From positions 2,853,104-2,917,103 of the forward strand of contig MU054098.1 in NCBI GenBank assembly GCA_013239625.1: a stretch of DNA of 64,000 nucleotides, given 5' to 3'. Both the position numbers and the translations under genes were made by a program. This DNA comes from Lama guanicoe. Lineage: Eukaryota. A model generated the notes under the pieces. The model saw only the letters and a list, made by a program, of their open reading frames with translations. It did no database searches and was not told the DNA's origin. Shown here in pieces: positions 38,755 through 50,639 of this stretch. Positions within the stretch are counted from its first letter, which is position 1; the number at the start of each line of letters is the position of its first letter.

Positions 38755-39025
38755 GTTTAACACCAGCCACTTGCCAGCATTGATACCATTTCCCACTTCG
38801 TTACCTGATTCCAAGACACTTTTTTAGTCTTGGCTCCCATTGCTGCCCTATAAGCACATACGATATGATTTATCAAAAATGGACTCCTGGTCTTTGCTAC
38901 ACCAACCATGCGTATGGTTTTGCTCAGTCAGATCCACACAGGTTCATATTAATTTCTTGGTGATATGACATGAAAGACTGACACTAAGATACCTGAAAAC
39001 TCAAAATCACTACTATAATGAGGAC

Positions 39026-39560
39026 TGTGGAGGATGACAAATAATTTCCCCTCTCCCCTTCTAGGTTCTTGGCTGAGATGCCCCTGTAATAAAAAACAGA
39101 TTAATAAGAGAAAAACAAAGACATTTAATAACACATACACATCCTGTATACTAAGGAGAGACCCAGGAAAACTGAGTAACTCCCCAAAATAGCCCAAGAT
39201 ACCACCTTAAATATCATCTCCAGCTAAAGAAAAATGATGTTGCTGCGGGGGGAGGCCAGTTAAAGGAACTGGCCAAGAAAAGCACAGTTAACAAGAGTAA
39301 GGTTGTTATGCAAATCATCCTTGCCTTCTCCACTGATAAGAGTTTCAAGAGATTTAGTCATCCTTCTCTTCCCAGTACAGAGAGGAAAACACCCTTACAA
39401 ATGGAGATTTCCCTTATAAATGTAAATGTCTCTCACAAAAGGGTAACTTTTCGGTTTTCTGAGCTTCTGCTAGGCCTGCCTTTTCCTAAAAACGATCAGC
39501 CTAAAATAATCTTTATGCCCAAGAGGCATATTTTGGGGTGGTAATTTCTGCTCCCCTTCA
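39026..39560 (-). mobile_element. Solo LTR, same family as 29237 and 30510-30758
   Basis: aataatttcccctct...cttggctgagat...ctgagtaactccc shared with those copies. TG...CA ends. Confidence 0.75.
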
Positions 39561-40719
39561 GGACACTGCAAACTGATTTGTGTCATTATGAAGAATATTT
39601 AACATGAGAATCTGCAGAAGACAACTTAAATCTTAAGCCCATATAAAAAACTTGACAGAGGTTGACCAGTTTACTCAAATTGGACAATACTAAAAATTCA
39701 CCTGTCACCAATAATGAGTTGTAAAGCTGAAACTTTAATCAGTAACAATAATATATTGATTAACCATGCAAAGGAAAGATTGAATTATCTTTATGTTTTC
39801 TCCAAGAAATATAAAATTACAAAAACATGAAGAGAGGATCGAAGAGTTTGTAGTAAAACATTGTAGGGAAAAAAATCATAGAAATGTGCCAGGTAGTAAT
39901 TAATAAAAGTGTTGTTTGTATGGAAATTGGGATGTTTTATATGTTAGCTGTTCAAATTTCATAATTTGTTGTCATTTCTTTTCTCATTATAAATAAATAC
40001 CAACTTTGGCACCTAATTGCCTGCATTGCCCATACATTTTTAATATCCTTTGTCTTAAAGAGGGTCCCCCAAATTGTAAGTTTCAGACACCGCATCCTAG
40101 ATCTGTTCCTGAGATGGTAAGAAGTAGTACAAAATTTTGGTTGCAATTGGAAAGGGTTAATAGGGATGTGGATGTGGTAGAAAACTGGGAAACAGCAATT
40201 GTGGAGGTTGAATCAATAATCTTTAAGACTAGAACATGTGACCGTCAGCTTTTAAAATCTGAAATTCCAAGGTGTTCTGGTATTTTGAGATTATGTGACC
40301 TCAGAGGGTGACTTCATAGACCACCCCCAACACACACAGATGGGCCGCTCCAGCTGCTCTGTACATTTCAAACTTCCAAAAACGTGACTGCCTAAAAGAT
40401 CTATTTTTGTATTATCACTGCTCAAGGAAAACAGGTGGCTGGGTTGTTTGCTTATTCCCCCCTCCCCCACACACGTGAATCTATCTCCTGCTTCCCAAAT
40501 GACAATAGATAGCTCTTTTTTATTTTCTAATGGCAAACAGCAAGTAAGCTGACAGTAATAACAGGAATGATAGTAACAATAATATCCATAAGGAACAGAA
40601 CTGATATATATTAAAAAGGAGACATAGTTGCACTAAGGGGCTGATCTCTGATAATCTGAGAAAGACACATTAAAAACGCCAAGGAGATGATACACTTTTC
40701 ATGTTTCTGGCATGTTTCT

Positions 40720-41569
40720 TTAAAGACTGAGTGTCAAGTTGGGGCGAGGAGGAGGGACAACCCGGCTTCTGCTGCAGTGCTGTTGCGAGGGTTAATTGGG
40801 GACCTGAACTCACTGTTAACAGCGGCCTCGCTGGACAAAGCGCTGACGTGAACTTAAGTCACTGTGTGGTCTGAGTCCTCTTTCGCACCTGAGCACCATC
40901 TCCCTCTTACCTTGGAGGCAGGCGGGGGCGCTTCTGGACACTAGACCAGAGGAGGAGACGACCACCTGCCAGGGATCTGAGCAGGTCTGAAATAGCAGAG
41001 GATATCCGAAGGCGAGGGCGAACACCAATGCGGGATCTTTCCTGCCCCGGCTCTGGTCCACTTTGGGGCAAAAAAAATGGTGGGCTTGGGGGAGGGGTCT
41101 GGGGAGGGGGCAGCGGTCGAGTTTGGGTGCGAGCTTCCCACTGCATTGAAAGCAGGCTGGCTTCCGGCCCGGGAAAAGAGGAGGAGGAGGAAAACGCCCA
41201 GGTCCCCTGCGAGGGGGTATGCAGGTGGGAGCCACCTGCAACCCACTGCAGAGGAAAAGGGGTGAGGGGAAGCGGACCCCTGAGCAAGCCCCGTAGTGCA
41301 GTTTTCACCCTACAGCCACGCCTTCTACCCATTTTGATTCAGAAAATGGTGGGCGAGGGGGAATGCTGGGGAGGTGGGCGGGACCCGTGCGCGGCTGCCA
41401 GCTTCCCGTTGCGGAGGATGAGGGCGTGTCAAGGGAAAGATGGAGAAAGACAGGTAAGCATTCCGGATCCCTGCAGATGGGTGCGAGAGTAGCTGGTGCC
41501 AGCAGCTCCCAGGGTGGGGGCGGGCAGACATGGACGCGAATCCACGACTGGATTCCCACTCTGGCCATC

Positions 41570-41608
<39 letters not shown>

Positions 41609-41745
41609 TGTCTTGTGTCTGTCTGTCTGTCTTGTGTGTGTGTGTCTTTGTTTAGGGGAGTTGACGGAGCTCTCCGAAAGAATTACTATGGATTCTTTTT
41701 TGTCTTTTTTCAGAAGAAAATTCCCGTGTGGCAGAGTTCTGGATT
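40720..41745 (+). pseudogene. TCEAL1-like pseudogene: promoter, 5' exons and start of the last exon, no ORF
   Basis: 40720-40915 aligns by eye to 22560-22770. cagaaaatggtg motif at 41340 plus a variant at 41070. Donor CAG|GTAAGC at 41454. Acceptor ttttttcag|aagaaaattccc at 41714 followed by GTG where TCEAL genes have ATG. Sits between blocks A2 and B2, as TCEAL1 sits between A1 and B1. Confidence 0.75.
41572..41646. repeat. (TG)n / (TCTG)n microsatellite
   Basis: Seen directly. Confidence 0.95.
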
Positions 41746-42011
41746 TTAAATTTTTCTTTTTTGTTTGTATCCTCTGTTTTTCCAAGTAGACTATCACCTG
41801 GGTAACAAATACTATTAATCAGACTAAAAACATTAAAAAGTATAAAATCCAAAAGGATTTGTTAAATCAGCTGAGGAGAAAATTGAGTAGTTCTCTCCTA
41901 TCATCACTAATCCATAAGTCTGTTACCCAGTATATTTTTGTCACACAATATGTATTTTAACATTTCACGGGTGACTCTTGCATGCTAGACTTTGAGAGTC
42001 ATCACTGTGTT

Positions 42012-42350
42012 TGTCAGGTTAGGCTAAGCTTATACTGAGGTAGCAACCCCCAAACTTCAGTGGCTTAACATAATAAAGGTCTATCATACAATAAATGCCC
42101 AACATGTGTTGGTGAAGATCCGATAGTCTGTCCGGGACCCCCGTGACAGAGGCGCCACAACCTGGTACATGGCTGGTCACTGGCAAGGGGAGAGTGTTGT
42201 GGAGCTCTCTCACACTCACTCTTCTAAAGTAATTAGTCAAGAAGTAACATAAGTCACGGCTGTGCACAGCTGGTTGGCCAAAACTAGTCACCTAGTAGCG
42301 TAGTTACACTAGTCGCACTAGTAGCCTCACCTAATGGCCAGGAGCTGAGG
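42012..42350 (-). mobile_element. Old MLT1-like MaLR LTR
   Basis: gcaacccccaaacttcagtggcttaacataataaagg...cattggcc-like...aactagtcac text. Confidence 0.55.
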
Positions 42351-42595
42351 GTGCTGTGAGACTGGATGGTATAGTTTTCTGTGTGCCCAGAGGCAGTGCA
42401 AAGTATAAAGTGAGAAAAACTAAAAGAAAATATTCACAAGAATTCAAGGGGAGTGCCTTTCTAAAGCACTATAACGAAAAATTAAAAATTGTGAAGAAAA
42501 AGTGACAAGTATAAGATAATTAAATTTCTGTGGAGCAAAGGAAGAATGAATGTGCCCTTGACTTTTTGTTTTCTCTGTGGTGTTATTTTGGGGGA

Positions 42596-43733
42596 CTCTA
42601 GATCATTCTTGAAGTTTATGGCAGCCTGATGGATGCTGGTAAGGCTGGATTCTGGCTGGAGTGAGATGAAGGTCCAGGTTCTCCCTGTGCCAGTTTTATG
42701 GGACAGGATGCATCCAGCCACCTGGCGCTCTGAGGGGCGGTGCTGGGGCAGGACATGGAAGGGCTCCCTCCAGCCACACCTCTCTCCAGGGTGGTCTGAC
42801 TTTGGTTTCTCTGCTCCAGCCTGCAGCAGACTCCAGACTCTTCTCAGCTGATGGCCGGGCTCTCCTGGACATACATACCTGGAGGGCGACGACTGTCCTA
42901 TTGCAGGTCAGAGCACTCTGCCTCTCTTTCCTTTTCCCTTTCTCTTTTGGACAACCTTTTGTAGGGGAGGAGATAAGGCCCCAAGGATTCCCAACTGGAA
43001 ACACTGGTTGGGACAGTCTTTGTGCCAGCAGATGTCTGACCTGGGCCTGACCAGGGAACTTGGGGCTGAAGCAGAAGGGGCTGGCCTTCTGTCAGAGTCC
43101 AGAGAAGGAGCCCCCCACCAAATTGGGGTTAGACCTCAGACAAGCCCTCACCCATCCCTCTCCCACTCACCTTGCTCAGATTCCCAGAAGGGCCTTGGAC
43201 ATGTCCCGGCCTGTTTGGATGGTTCTGTGGTGACTTGAGCTGTGTGTGTGCCTGGGGCAGCGCTTGTAATGTCTGCGTCAGCCCAGGCCCAGGGGCACAG
43301 GGGACCTCGAGTAAAGGGAGCTTCAAAGGCACATGGTCTTACAGCTCGGGAGAAAAGGGGTGTCACCTCCTGTGTGAACACCCCATGCACTGCAGGCCTA
43401 GCCCACGACTTGCGGGTCAGGGCCTTCAGGCTGTGGGTTGGTGTGAAGATGCTTTTGGAGGCATTGATGGTGGGGGGTCACCAGCAACCAGAACCTAGGT
43501 CTCTTGGCCCCTCACCGCTTCCTTGCCACACAGAAAGCTGGTATCCCCGTTACGTGTCTAAGAAGCTATTTGCCTGGTCAACTCCAGAGCAGAAAGCACT
43601 GAGGGTCTAGGACCCTGGCGAGAGCCGTGTGCTAAGCAAGATGCACAGGCTCTTAGGAGACAGTGCATGGGAGTGGGAGCCCCTCCTGGTGAGGGAGCGT
43701 GTAGAGGGATCAGGTTCAGGGTTCTTGCAAAAC
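42596..43733. repeat. Block B copy 2
   Basis: Direct near-identical copy of 25530-26665. Confidence 0.97.
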
Positions 43734-43759
43734 ACTCAGGCCCCAGTCAGTAGAAGGTA

Positions 43760-44207
43760 TGTGGATGACTGCCAGGAAAAAGTCACCAGGTCTGTGGTGG
43801 CCATGGAGTCACATAGCTGAGATATTTCCTCAAAAGAATCTTTGGATCTTTCCTGTTATTTATGCTAAAGCCACACTTTCCCCAGACTGCTCCCACACCC
43901 TAACTAAGCACAGTTGGGGAGCCAGAGCCAGGCCATTTCTGCTCGTTGGAGGACTCCCCTAATCTTTGCTTGCACTCCTCCCTGGCCTGGTGCAGACTTT
44001 ATTATCGCACTCCCGTCTGAGGCTCTTCTTGCCTAATCCGCCTTCCTTCTCTCTCTTCGTTCACAGGTGTGAGATGCGCATCACAGTCTGAAGGCTCTCC
44101 CCATGTCTTCCTGCTCCTTCTTTTATCTTCATAGGTGTTTCCCTAATCTCTAATCTTGTCTAATCCTATTTTGGCATTTGCTTCTAGGAGGGCCTGAACT
44201 GGTACAC
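43760..44207 (+). mobile_element. ERVL-class LTR
   Basis: Ends ctaatcctattttggcatttgcttctaggagggcctgaactggtaca, typical of old ERVL LTR ends. Confidence 0.5.
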
Positions 44208-44392
44208 AGGGTCAGGATTCTTTCACAGATGAGAGCTCAAGTTTCACATTTCTCAATAGCTGTACTGTTTTTCAGAGAAGCAGGATAATACAATAGTTAA
44301 GAGCTTGGCTATCTGGGTTCAAGTCCCAGGTCTATCACTTTTAGCTGTGTGTCCTTGGCCTCTGTACCCCTTTTCTAAAATGAGGATAATTA

Positions 44393-44565
44393 GGGGGAAG
44401 GTATAGTTCAGTGGCAGAGCACATGCTTAGCATGCGTGAGGTCCTGGATTCAATCCCCAATATCTCCACTTAAAAATATATATAAATAAATAATCCGAAT
44501 TACCTCCCCACCAAAAAAAAAAAAAACCCACAAAAACCCAAACCAAACAAACAAAAACAAAAAAA
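44393..44565 (+). mobile_element. Vic-1-like SINE inserted in a MIR (~44280-44670)
   Basis: gggggaaggtatagttcagtggcagagcacatgcttagcatgcgtgaggtcctgg... TSD aaaatgaggataat/aaaataggggataat. Confidence 0.85.
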
Positions 44566-45079
44566 TAGGGGATAATCACATTACTTCCTCTTAAGGTTTT
44601 GTGAGGTTTATATGAATGATTTTTATACAGACCACTTAAGTGTCTCACGTATTAAATAATATCAGCTGTTTTACCATCTTTGGTAGATGGAAGGGTCTCA
44701 CCAGGTCCTGTAGCTGTTGATGAGTTTGGCTCTGGAAATTTCAATATTAACTTCTAGAGTTCTAAGTACATATGCTTTATTGATTTTTAAACTAGAAGCT
44801 AAAATTAAGGTTCAGGAAAACATATGAACCAGTTAAAAAGAATGATGATTGCGTCCCCCACTTTCAAGTCCATTGGGTGGGCAACTCCCAAAATGAGAAT
44901 GGTATGATCATACTGTCCCTTTTCCTATATTGTATCCATTAGACAACTTATTCTGCAATACAGAAATGGCCCTGAGGACCATACTGCAATTCCCCTTCTT
45001 GTTACATTTACCATGCTCTTTGTGGTAGAGTGTCTCAAAGGCATGTTTTTCAAGGAAGGGAAGAGGCAGGGAGGGAAGG

Positions 45080-45310
45080 GAACAAACATTTTCATGAGTG
45101 CCCACTAAGGACCAGATGCAGTGTTTGGTGTTTTGGGTTGATTCTCTCTTTAATCCCCTTAACAATCCTGTGAGGTAGATGGCAGTATTTCCCTTACATG
45201 AAGAAGAAACAACTCGGAGAGGTTAAGTGTATTTTCCAAAGCCCTTAATCTAGTAAATTACAGAGTTTATATTTCTAACCTAGATTTGTCATACTCCAAA
45301 GCCCATAATC
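45080..45310 (-). mobile_element. MIR
   Basis: ttaatccccttaacaatcctgtgaggtag...gagaggttaagtg. Confidence 0.65.
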
Positions 45311-48212
45311 TACCTTTTAAGTTTTGGTGACCTTCCAGGACTAGGGGATTGGTTGGTTTAAATTTGCATGACAGGATGTTAAATTGGAGTTTTCTCTTAA
45401 GCACCAAGATATAATAGATATGAACTTCTAAAGACAAGTTTTCAAAGGAAATAGCCAAACAGCTGTAAAGCCTCAAAGGATTTAAAGGGTCCAGAGAGAA
45501 GAGATATGAAGAAATTTTTGTGAGGATTTCTTTGGAGTCGGCTTCTGAGGGGGGAGAGTTCCTGTGCTTTGCTCTTCACACCAAGACTTTCACTGGACCC
45601 TTTGAATCTTGATATGTAGCTCCTGGAGTTTGGAGGCATAGTGAAATGGGATCTGACTCCAGCATGAGAAATGTTAAATGCTGGAGAATAGGAAGGATAA
45701 GGAAAGAGGAGAAACCCAGTACATCCCTTTCCCCCCGAAGTGGGAGGTCCACCTGAAGTTGGTGTTAGCTGAGGGAGGAGAGATTTAACTTTAAATCAAG
45801 TTCAGAAGGTCCTTTATTATTTGGGACTAGGGGTGCTAATCACTGAAAGGAGGCTCAATTTGTGATTTAAAGTGACTGTAGGGCTCTTTGGAGTGAGTAG
45901 CAAAGCCATGGCTCCTGGGAAAAACTTAATTTTAAAGGTATTGTATTAGACAAAAGTAAAGTTGCATTTTGATTATATCTTACCAGTAGTTCTTGTCCAG
46001 TATAGTGACTGTATCTGTGTGGTATGATGTTGGTGATGGGCCACGCTCCTATGGGGGAGTACTATTACTATTTTTGCCTTAATTTTGCTACACCGGCTTT
46101 CTTTTGACTAGTATTTGCCTGGTATATATTTTTCCATCCTTTTATTTTGAATTTTTGTGGATAATTTTAAGAATACCTCTGAGAAAAAGTATGAAACCAG
46201 ATTCTGTGCCTTGAAAAAAATCCAATCTGAGGTTTTATTCCTGTTGAGTTTAATCCATATACATTTATTATAATTATTGGCATATGTAGATATATTTCTA
46301 CCTTCCTATTTTGTGTTTTCTATCATGTTTTTTCTTTGCATCCTTCCTCTCCTCTCCTTTCCTGCCTTCTGTTGGACCAATGGAGTTTTCTTTGGAATTC
46401 TGGAATTTACACATTCTATTTTTAATCCTTTAGTGCTTATCCTAAGAGTTTTCTAAATTGATTATCTAACTTTGTGTTTTTAAACAAAATCTAAAGTATC
46501 TCTAACTTCTATCCTCTTTATTATGACTTTGACATTTTGAAATGCTTTTAAAAAATATATATATACACAACTTCTGATAATTGGCATTTCTTTAAGCAAG
46601 CAAACTATTAACCATTCTTGTTAGTATAGTTCACAGTTTATGATGTATTTTTTAATGTATTATCTCATCTGATTCTCGATAAAGCTCAGATAAGTGTTAC
46701 TTCATAATGACTTAGTGAATTAGGGGGCAAAATAAGAAGAGGACAGACCAGAAGAGAACAGAACAGAAAAGAGTTCTTCAATTCTTAATGGTACCTTCAA
46801 AAACCCTTAAGAGTCTGGGGACCTCAGGTTGAGAACTACAGATCTTAGAAATATATCCTTCACCTTTTTCTTTTGAGAAAGGAAAGAGGAGAGAGAATGA
46901 CCATTTTTGAACATTTATTCTGTACCAGAAACTTTCCTTAGGCAAGACAAGCCTTATATTTAATGGCGACCTTCTTTACTTTCTAGGTGTTCAAGGATGT
47001 TATGAGCGTTATTTCACAACATGCTTCCTTACCAATCCACATACATTCTCCTGAATGGAAAATGAACTTTTGTTGTTGTTAATGATATTGATGAAAATAA
47101 TAACTAACAATTGTAATAGTATTTCTTACAGAAACCACCATGTTAACTAGGTGCTGAATCTGATGGGGTAAATATATTCTCAAAACCACCATTCAGTTTT
47201 AGAAGGGAAGCCACTTAGTCATCTAGATGACTAGATAAAACTACATCCTGTGTAGTTTAAGAGTAGAGAAACTTGCTAAGTCAACAAAGATTTGGATAAT
47301 AATTTGGTTATACTTATTATAACTGCCTTCTTTTTTTTTAACCAATAGGATGGCCTGGTTTAGATCCTAATAAAGTACTTTAGGCCTCTCCTGAGTATTC
47401 GTAAGTTTTTTTTTTTCAAATGAAACAAGAAGAAATCAGCTAAAATGAAAAGAAACCACCTATGATTTTAACTGGAGAATAATGAATTATTAGTCATTGG
47501 GATATTAACCTGTGTATTGTGTTCTGTTATTTTTCTTTCCTCCCATTTCCTGCAGGGAACCGGGAGAGAGAGGTTTGTGGTGGAGCTGGAAGTAGAAGCT
47601 GCTTAAAGCCAGTGGCTTTTACATTTTGAAAAGGATTATGTCCCTTGATGAAATCAAGCCAGATATCCCTCGGATGGGAATGGAGGGCATTTGAAGGCAG
47701 CAAGAGAAGAGAAGTGAGGGTTTGTGGGTCCTTCCCGTAGCAGATACATGAGTTTCTCCATTATCAGGACCCAAGGAAGATTCTGTGGTGGGCTCAGGGA
47801 AGTTGGGCATCTAGTCTTACCAAAGATCCCCCTACCCAGAGGGTGGATGGAAGCAGTGGGGACAAGGGATATGAAGATACCATGCCAATTCAGTAAAGGA
47901 GGACCTCATCCCTAACCAGGGTAGACAGACATATGTCAGTGGGGCTCTCCTCAGGCTTTGGTGCCAGATAAGACCATAGGATGTTTGTTCAACTAGCAGA
48001 AATGGGGAATCCCCGATAATAACTGAAGAGAAGATCCCACCAACGTGTTACAGTCGGGATATCAGATTCCTATTTATGTTCATTTAGAGGCAATGTGGTA
48101 TTTTAAAATGTGTTTTAAATAAATGTGACATTTCTAACATGTTTAAGCCAAGATCCATTTGTTTACTAGGCCTCGTATTCAATGGATAAGTCCTTGTTAA
48201 GAACTCCTCTAG

Positions 48213-48308
48213 GGCTCACACAGGCACCTTTCGTCTGTGGGGCCCGCTGTTGTCTATGGCAGCATACCCCTAATAAACTCCCTTTTATTCCCATTAAAAG
48301 AAAAAAAA
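48213..48308 (+). mobile_element. Poly(A)-tailed retrocopy of an LTR R region
   Basis: Matches 36888-36964. Has AATAAA (48272), an A-tail, and TSD aagaactcctctag/aaaaagtcctctag. Confidence 0.85.
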
Positions 48309-48384
48309 GTCCTCTAGTTGGCGAAGGCCCTAGGTCCCAAAGAGGACATGACAATTCTAAGAATATATGGCAAAGTATGAACGA

Positions 48385-49300
48385 TGGTTATTTCAGGTAT
48401 GTGTATGCCAGTAATCTCATCTGCCCCTCCCCCTATCCATTTCCCCCTTCTGCTGTGTCCCCCAAGGTTACCAGTATTGCTGTATTGAAGGCCTTCTTTG
48501 CCCTTTGGCTTCTAGTATGGCCAAAGGGAAATACCCAACAGGAGACAAAAAGGAGGGACGAGTGAGGTCAGGTATTCCACCCCTAGCCTGCTTCCTGGAG
48601 TCTGTCTTCTTTGAGGTTTCTGTGAGCTGACTGCATTCTCAAGATTCCAGCTGCTGTCAGGTGGCCCTTTCCACACAGCTGTCTACCATTCCAGTAACTC
48701 CCCACTCCCACTTTCTCCCCTCACCCCATTCCTTCCTCTCACCACCCCCACTCGTCCCCAGCTCCTACTCCACTGTCCCCCACACTCCCTCCTCCAGCTC
48801 CCTTCCCCACCCCATCCTCTCCTTCCCTACTCATCTATAGGCAGTCACACCATGTCACACGCTGAACTGTCATCTCCAAATTCATGTCAAAGTCCTAACC
48901 CGCACCCAACTACCTCTGAATGTGACTGTATTTGGAGATAGTTTTTATAGATGTAAGTTAAAATGAGGTCATTGTGGTGGGCCCTAATCCAATATGACTG
49001 GCTTCCTTCTAAGAAGAGATTAGGAGGACACAGACAGGTACTGAGGAAAAGACCATGTGAAATCACAGGGAGAAAGCAGCCATCTACAAGTTGAGGAGAC
49101 AGGCCTCAGAAGAAACCAGCCCTGTGAACACCTTGATCTTAAGACCTCTGGCCTCCAGAACTATGATAAAATAAATTTCTGTTGTTGAAGTCAGTCTGTG
49201 GGTGACTCCTCTGCTGACAACTTGGGAAAAAATTCTCTATTAAACTCAAATCATCCATTTTGAGTCCCTTTTATTTCCTGCTGGGACCCTGACTGATCAG
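48385..49300 (+). mobile_element. LTR33-like ERVL LTR with nested MLT1B-like element (~48855-49200)
   Basis: End tttcctgctgggaccctgactgat. Nested gaatgtgactgtatttggagatag...gggccctaatccaatatgactgg...ggcctccagaact. Confidence 0.6.
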
Positions 49301-50005
49301 TGGTAGGATTATATGTGATTCTTACTCTCATTCATTCTTAATGTATTTTCCAAAATTCCTGAAACCATGGAATTTTTTTTTCACTGAAGACATAAAAACA
49401 CTGTCATGAAGCAAAACTTGGCTTGTCTAGGAAATTTTTATATAAAATGGATTTATAATCACAGGCATCCAACACCACTCCACTTCTCCAGAAACCCCCT
49501 GCTCTAGGATCCCCAATGCTTTGTCCAGGGGATTATAAAAACAGGGTACATGGCATCAATGCTGGAGCTGGGAAAGTTGCCATCGTTGGCCCCAAATCTG
49601 CAAATATTTCTGATAGAATACTGAAGGTGGCTGCCCAGGCTGCCTCTGGAGGGAAAGAGCACAGGTCTGTCCGAGTGTAAGGGACTGATAGGGTACCCAC
49701 TACATATCCTATTTTACCAGCCCAACTCATGGAGGTGAGAAGCATCAGGAACAGAAATGGCTCTCAGAAGCAGCATTAGAAAGCAACCCCACCCTGAGAG
49801 GCCACACACAAGGGAGAGGAGGGGAACTGGCCTGACAGGGCATACTTCTGGCTGCCACACCCAATGATAAAAGGAATTCCTTCACTAGGAGTCAAAACTC
49901 TTTCCTTTAATACCGCCTAGATCTTTCCTGCGCCTGCTGACTTCTCAGCCTCAGTAACATTAAAGGCACACTGCAAATTACTTGCTTTGAAATTTAGAAA
50001 CAAAT

Positions 50006-50011
50006 TTTATT
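50006..50011 (-). terminator. MORF4L2: Probable MORF4L2 polyadenylation signal
   Basis: AATAAA on the minus strand ~630 nt after the stop. Another lies at 50484-50489. Confidence 0.65.
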
Positions 50012-50639
50012 TAAGATCTGAAATACAATTCCTAAAATATCGACTTCTCCAGAAAACCGTGGCTACACAATAATGCATTGCCTCTATCATGTTAGAACGT
50101 GCATTAGACTCAAATACAAAAACCATGAAACAAACCACCATCCTTCAACAATTTGAGCAAAGATAGAATGCCTAAGGAACAACATAGATGGACTTGCAGA
50201 GGATGGGCTGTTTTACTTCAAGCACCATAAAAAAAAAAGAGCACAAATGCATGGGTTTTCAGGTATATACATGAAGTTGAACCTTTGGCACTAGGAATCA
50301 GGGCATTTTCACATAGCATTAACACATATTAGAAAATTGTGTAGTGTCAAAGGGATAGAACCACCAGCATTCAAGCAATGTTGTCAACTAGGCAATAAAA
50401 TGTTCTACTGAATGTTTCTTCTTTGTCTAATTACTGCATACACTGGTAGCAACTTTGAAATGAGAAAAGGAGCTTGTACTCCTTTTATTTTCTGTTTAGA
50501 ACAAAACAGAAAACAAACTGAAACATAAGCCCTGTTATACATTAACAATTTTAAAGAACATCAATTATACAAGAAAAAGACTAAGAACAAAAAGAGTGTT
50601 TACAGATACCAGACAGAACAGTGAGTGGTCAGTAGACCC

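Larger units (their letters stand above)
37082..40110 (+). mobile_element. hAT-Tip100 (Zaphod-like) DNA transposon with several nested insertions
   Basis: Start gaagctaatgaagcttaagcttca and end tcttaaagagggtcccccaaattgtaag...tagatctgttcctg. Confidence 0.55.

Noticed and set aside
40911..40986. Minus-strand exon (tttcag|...caag|gtaag) in the orphan island
   Set aside because: The region is better explained by plus-strand homology to the TCEAL1 promoter. No supporting ORF or partner exons, though antisense use cannot be excluded.
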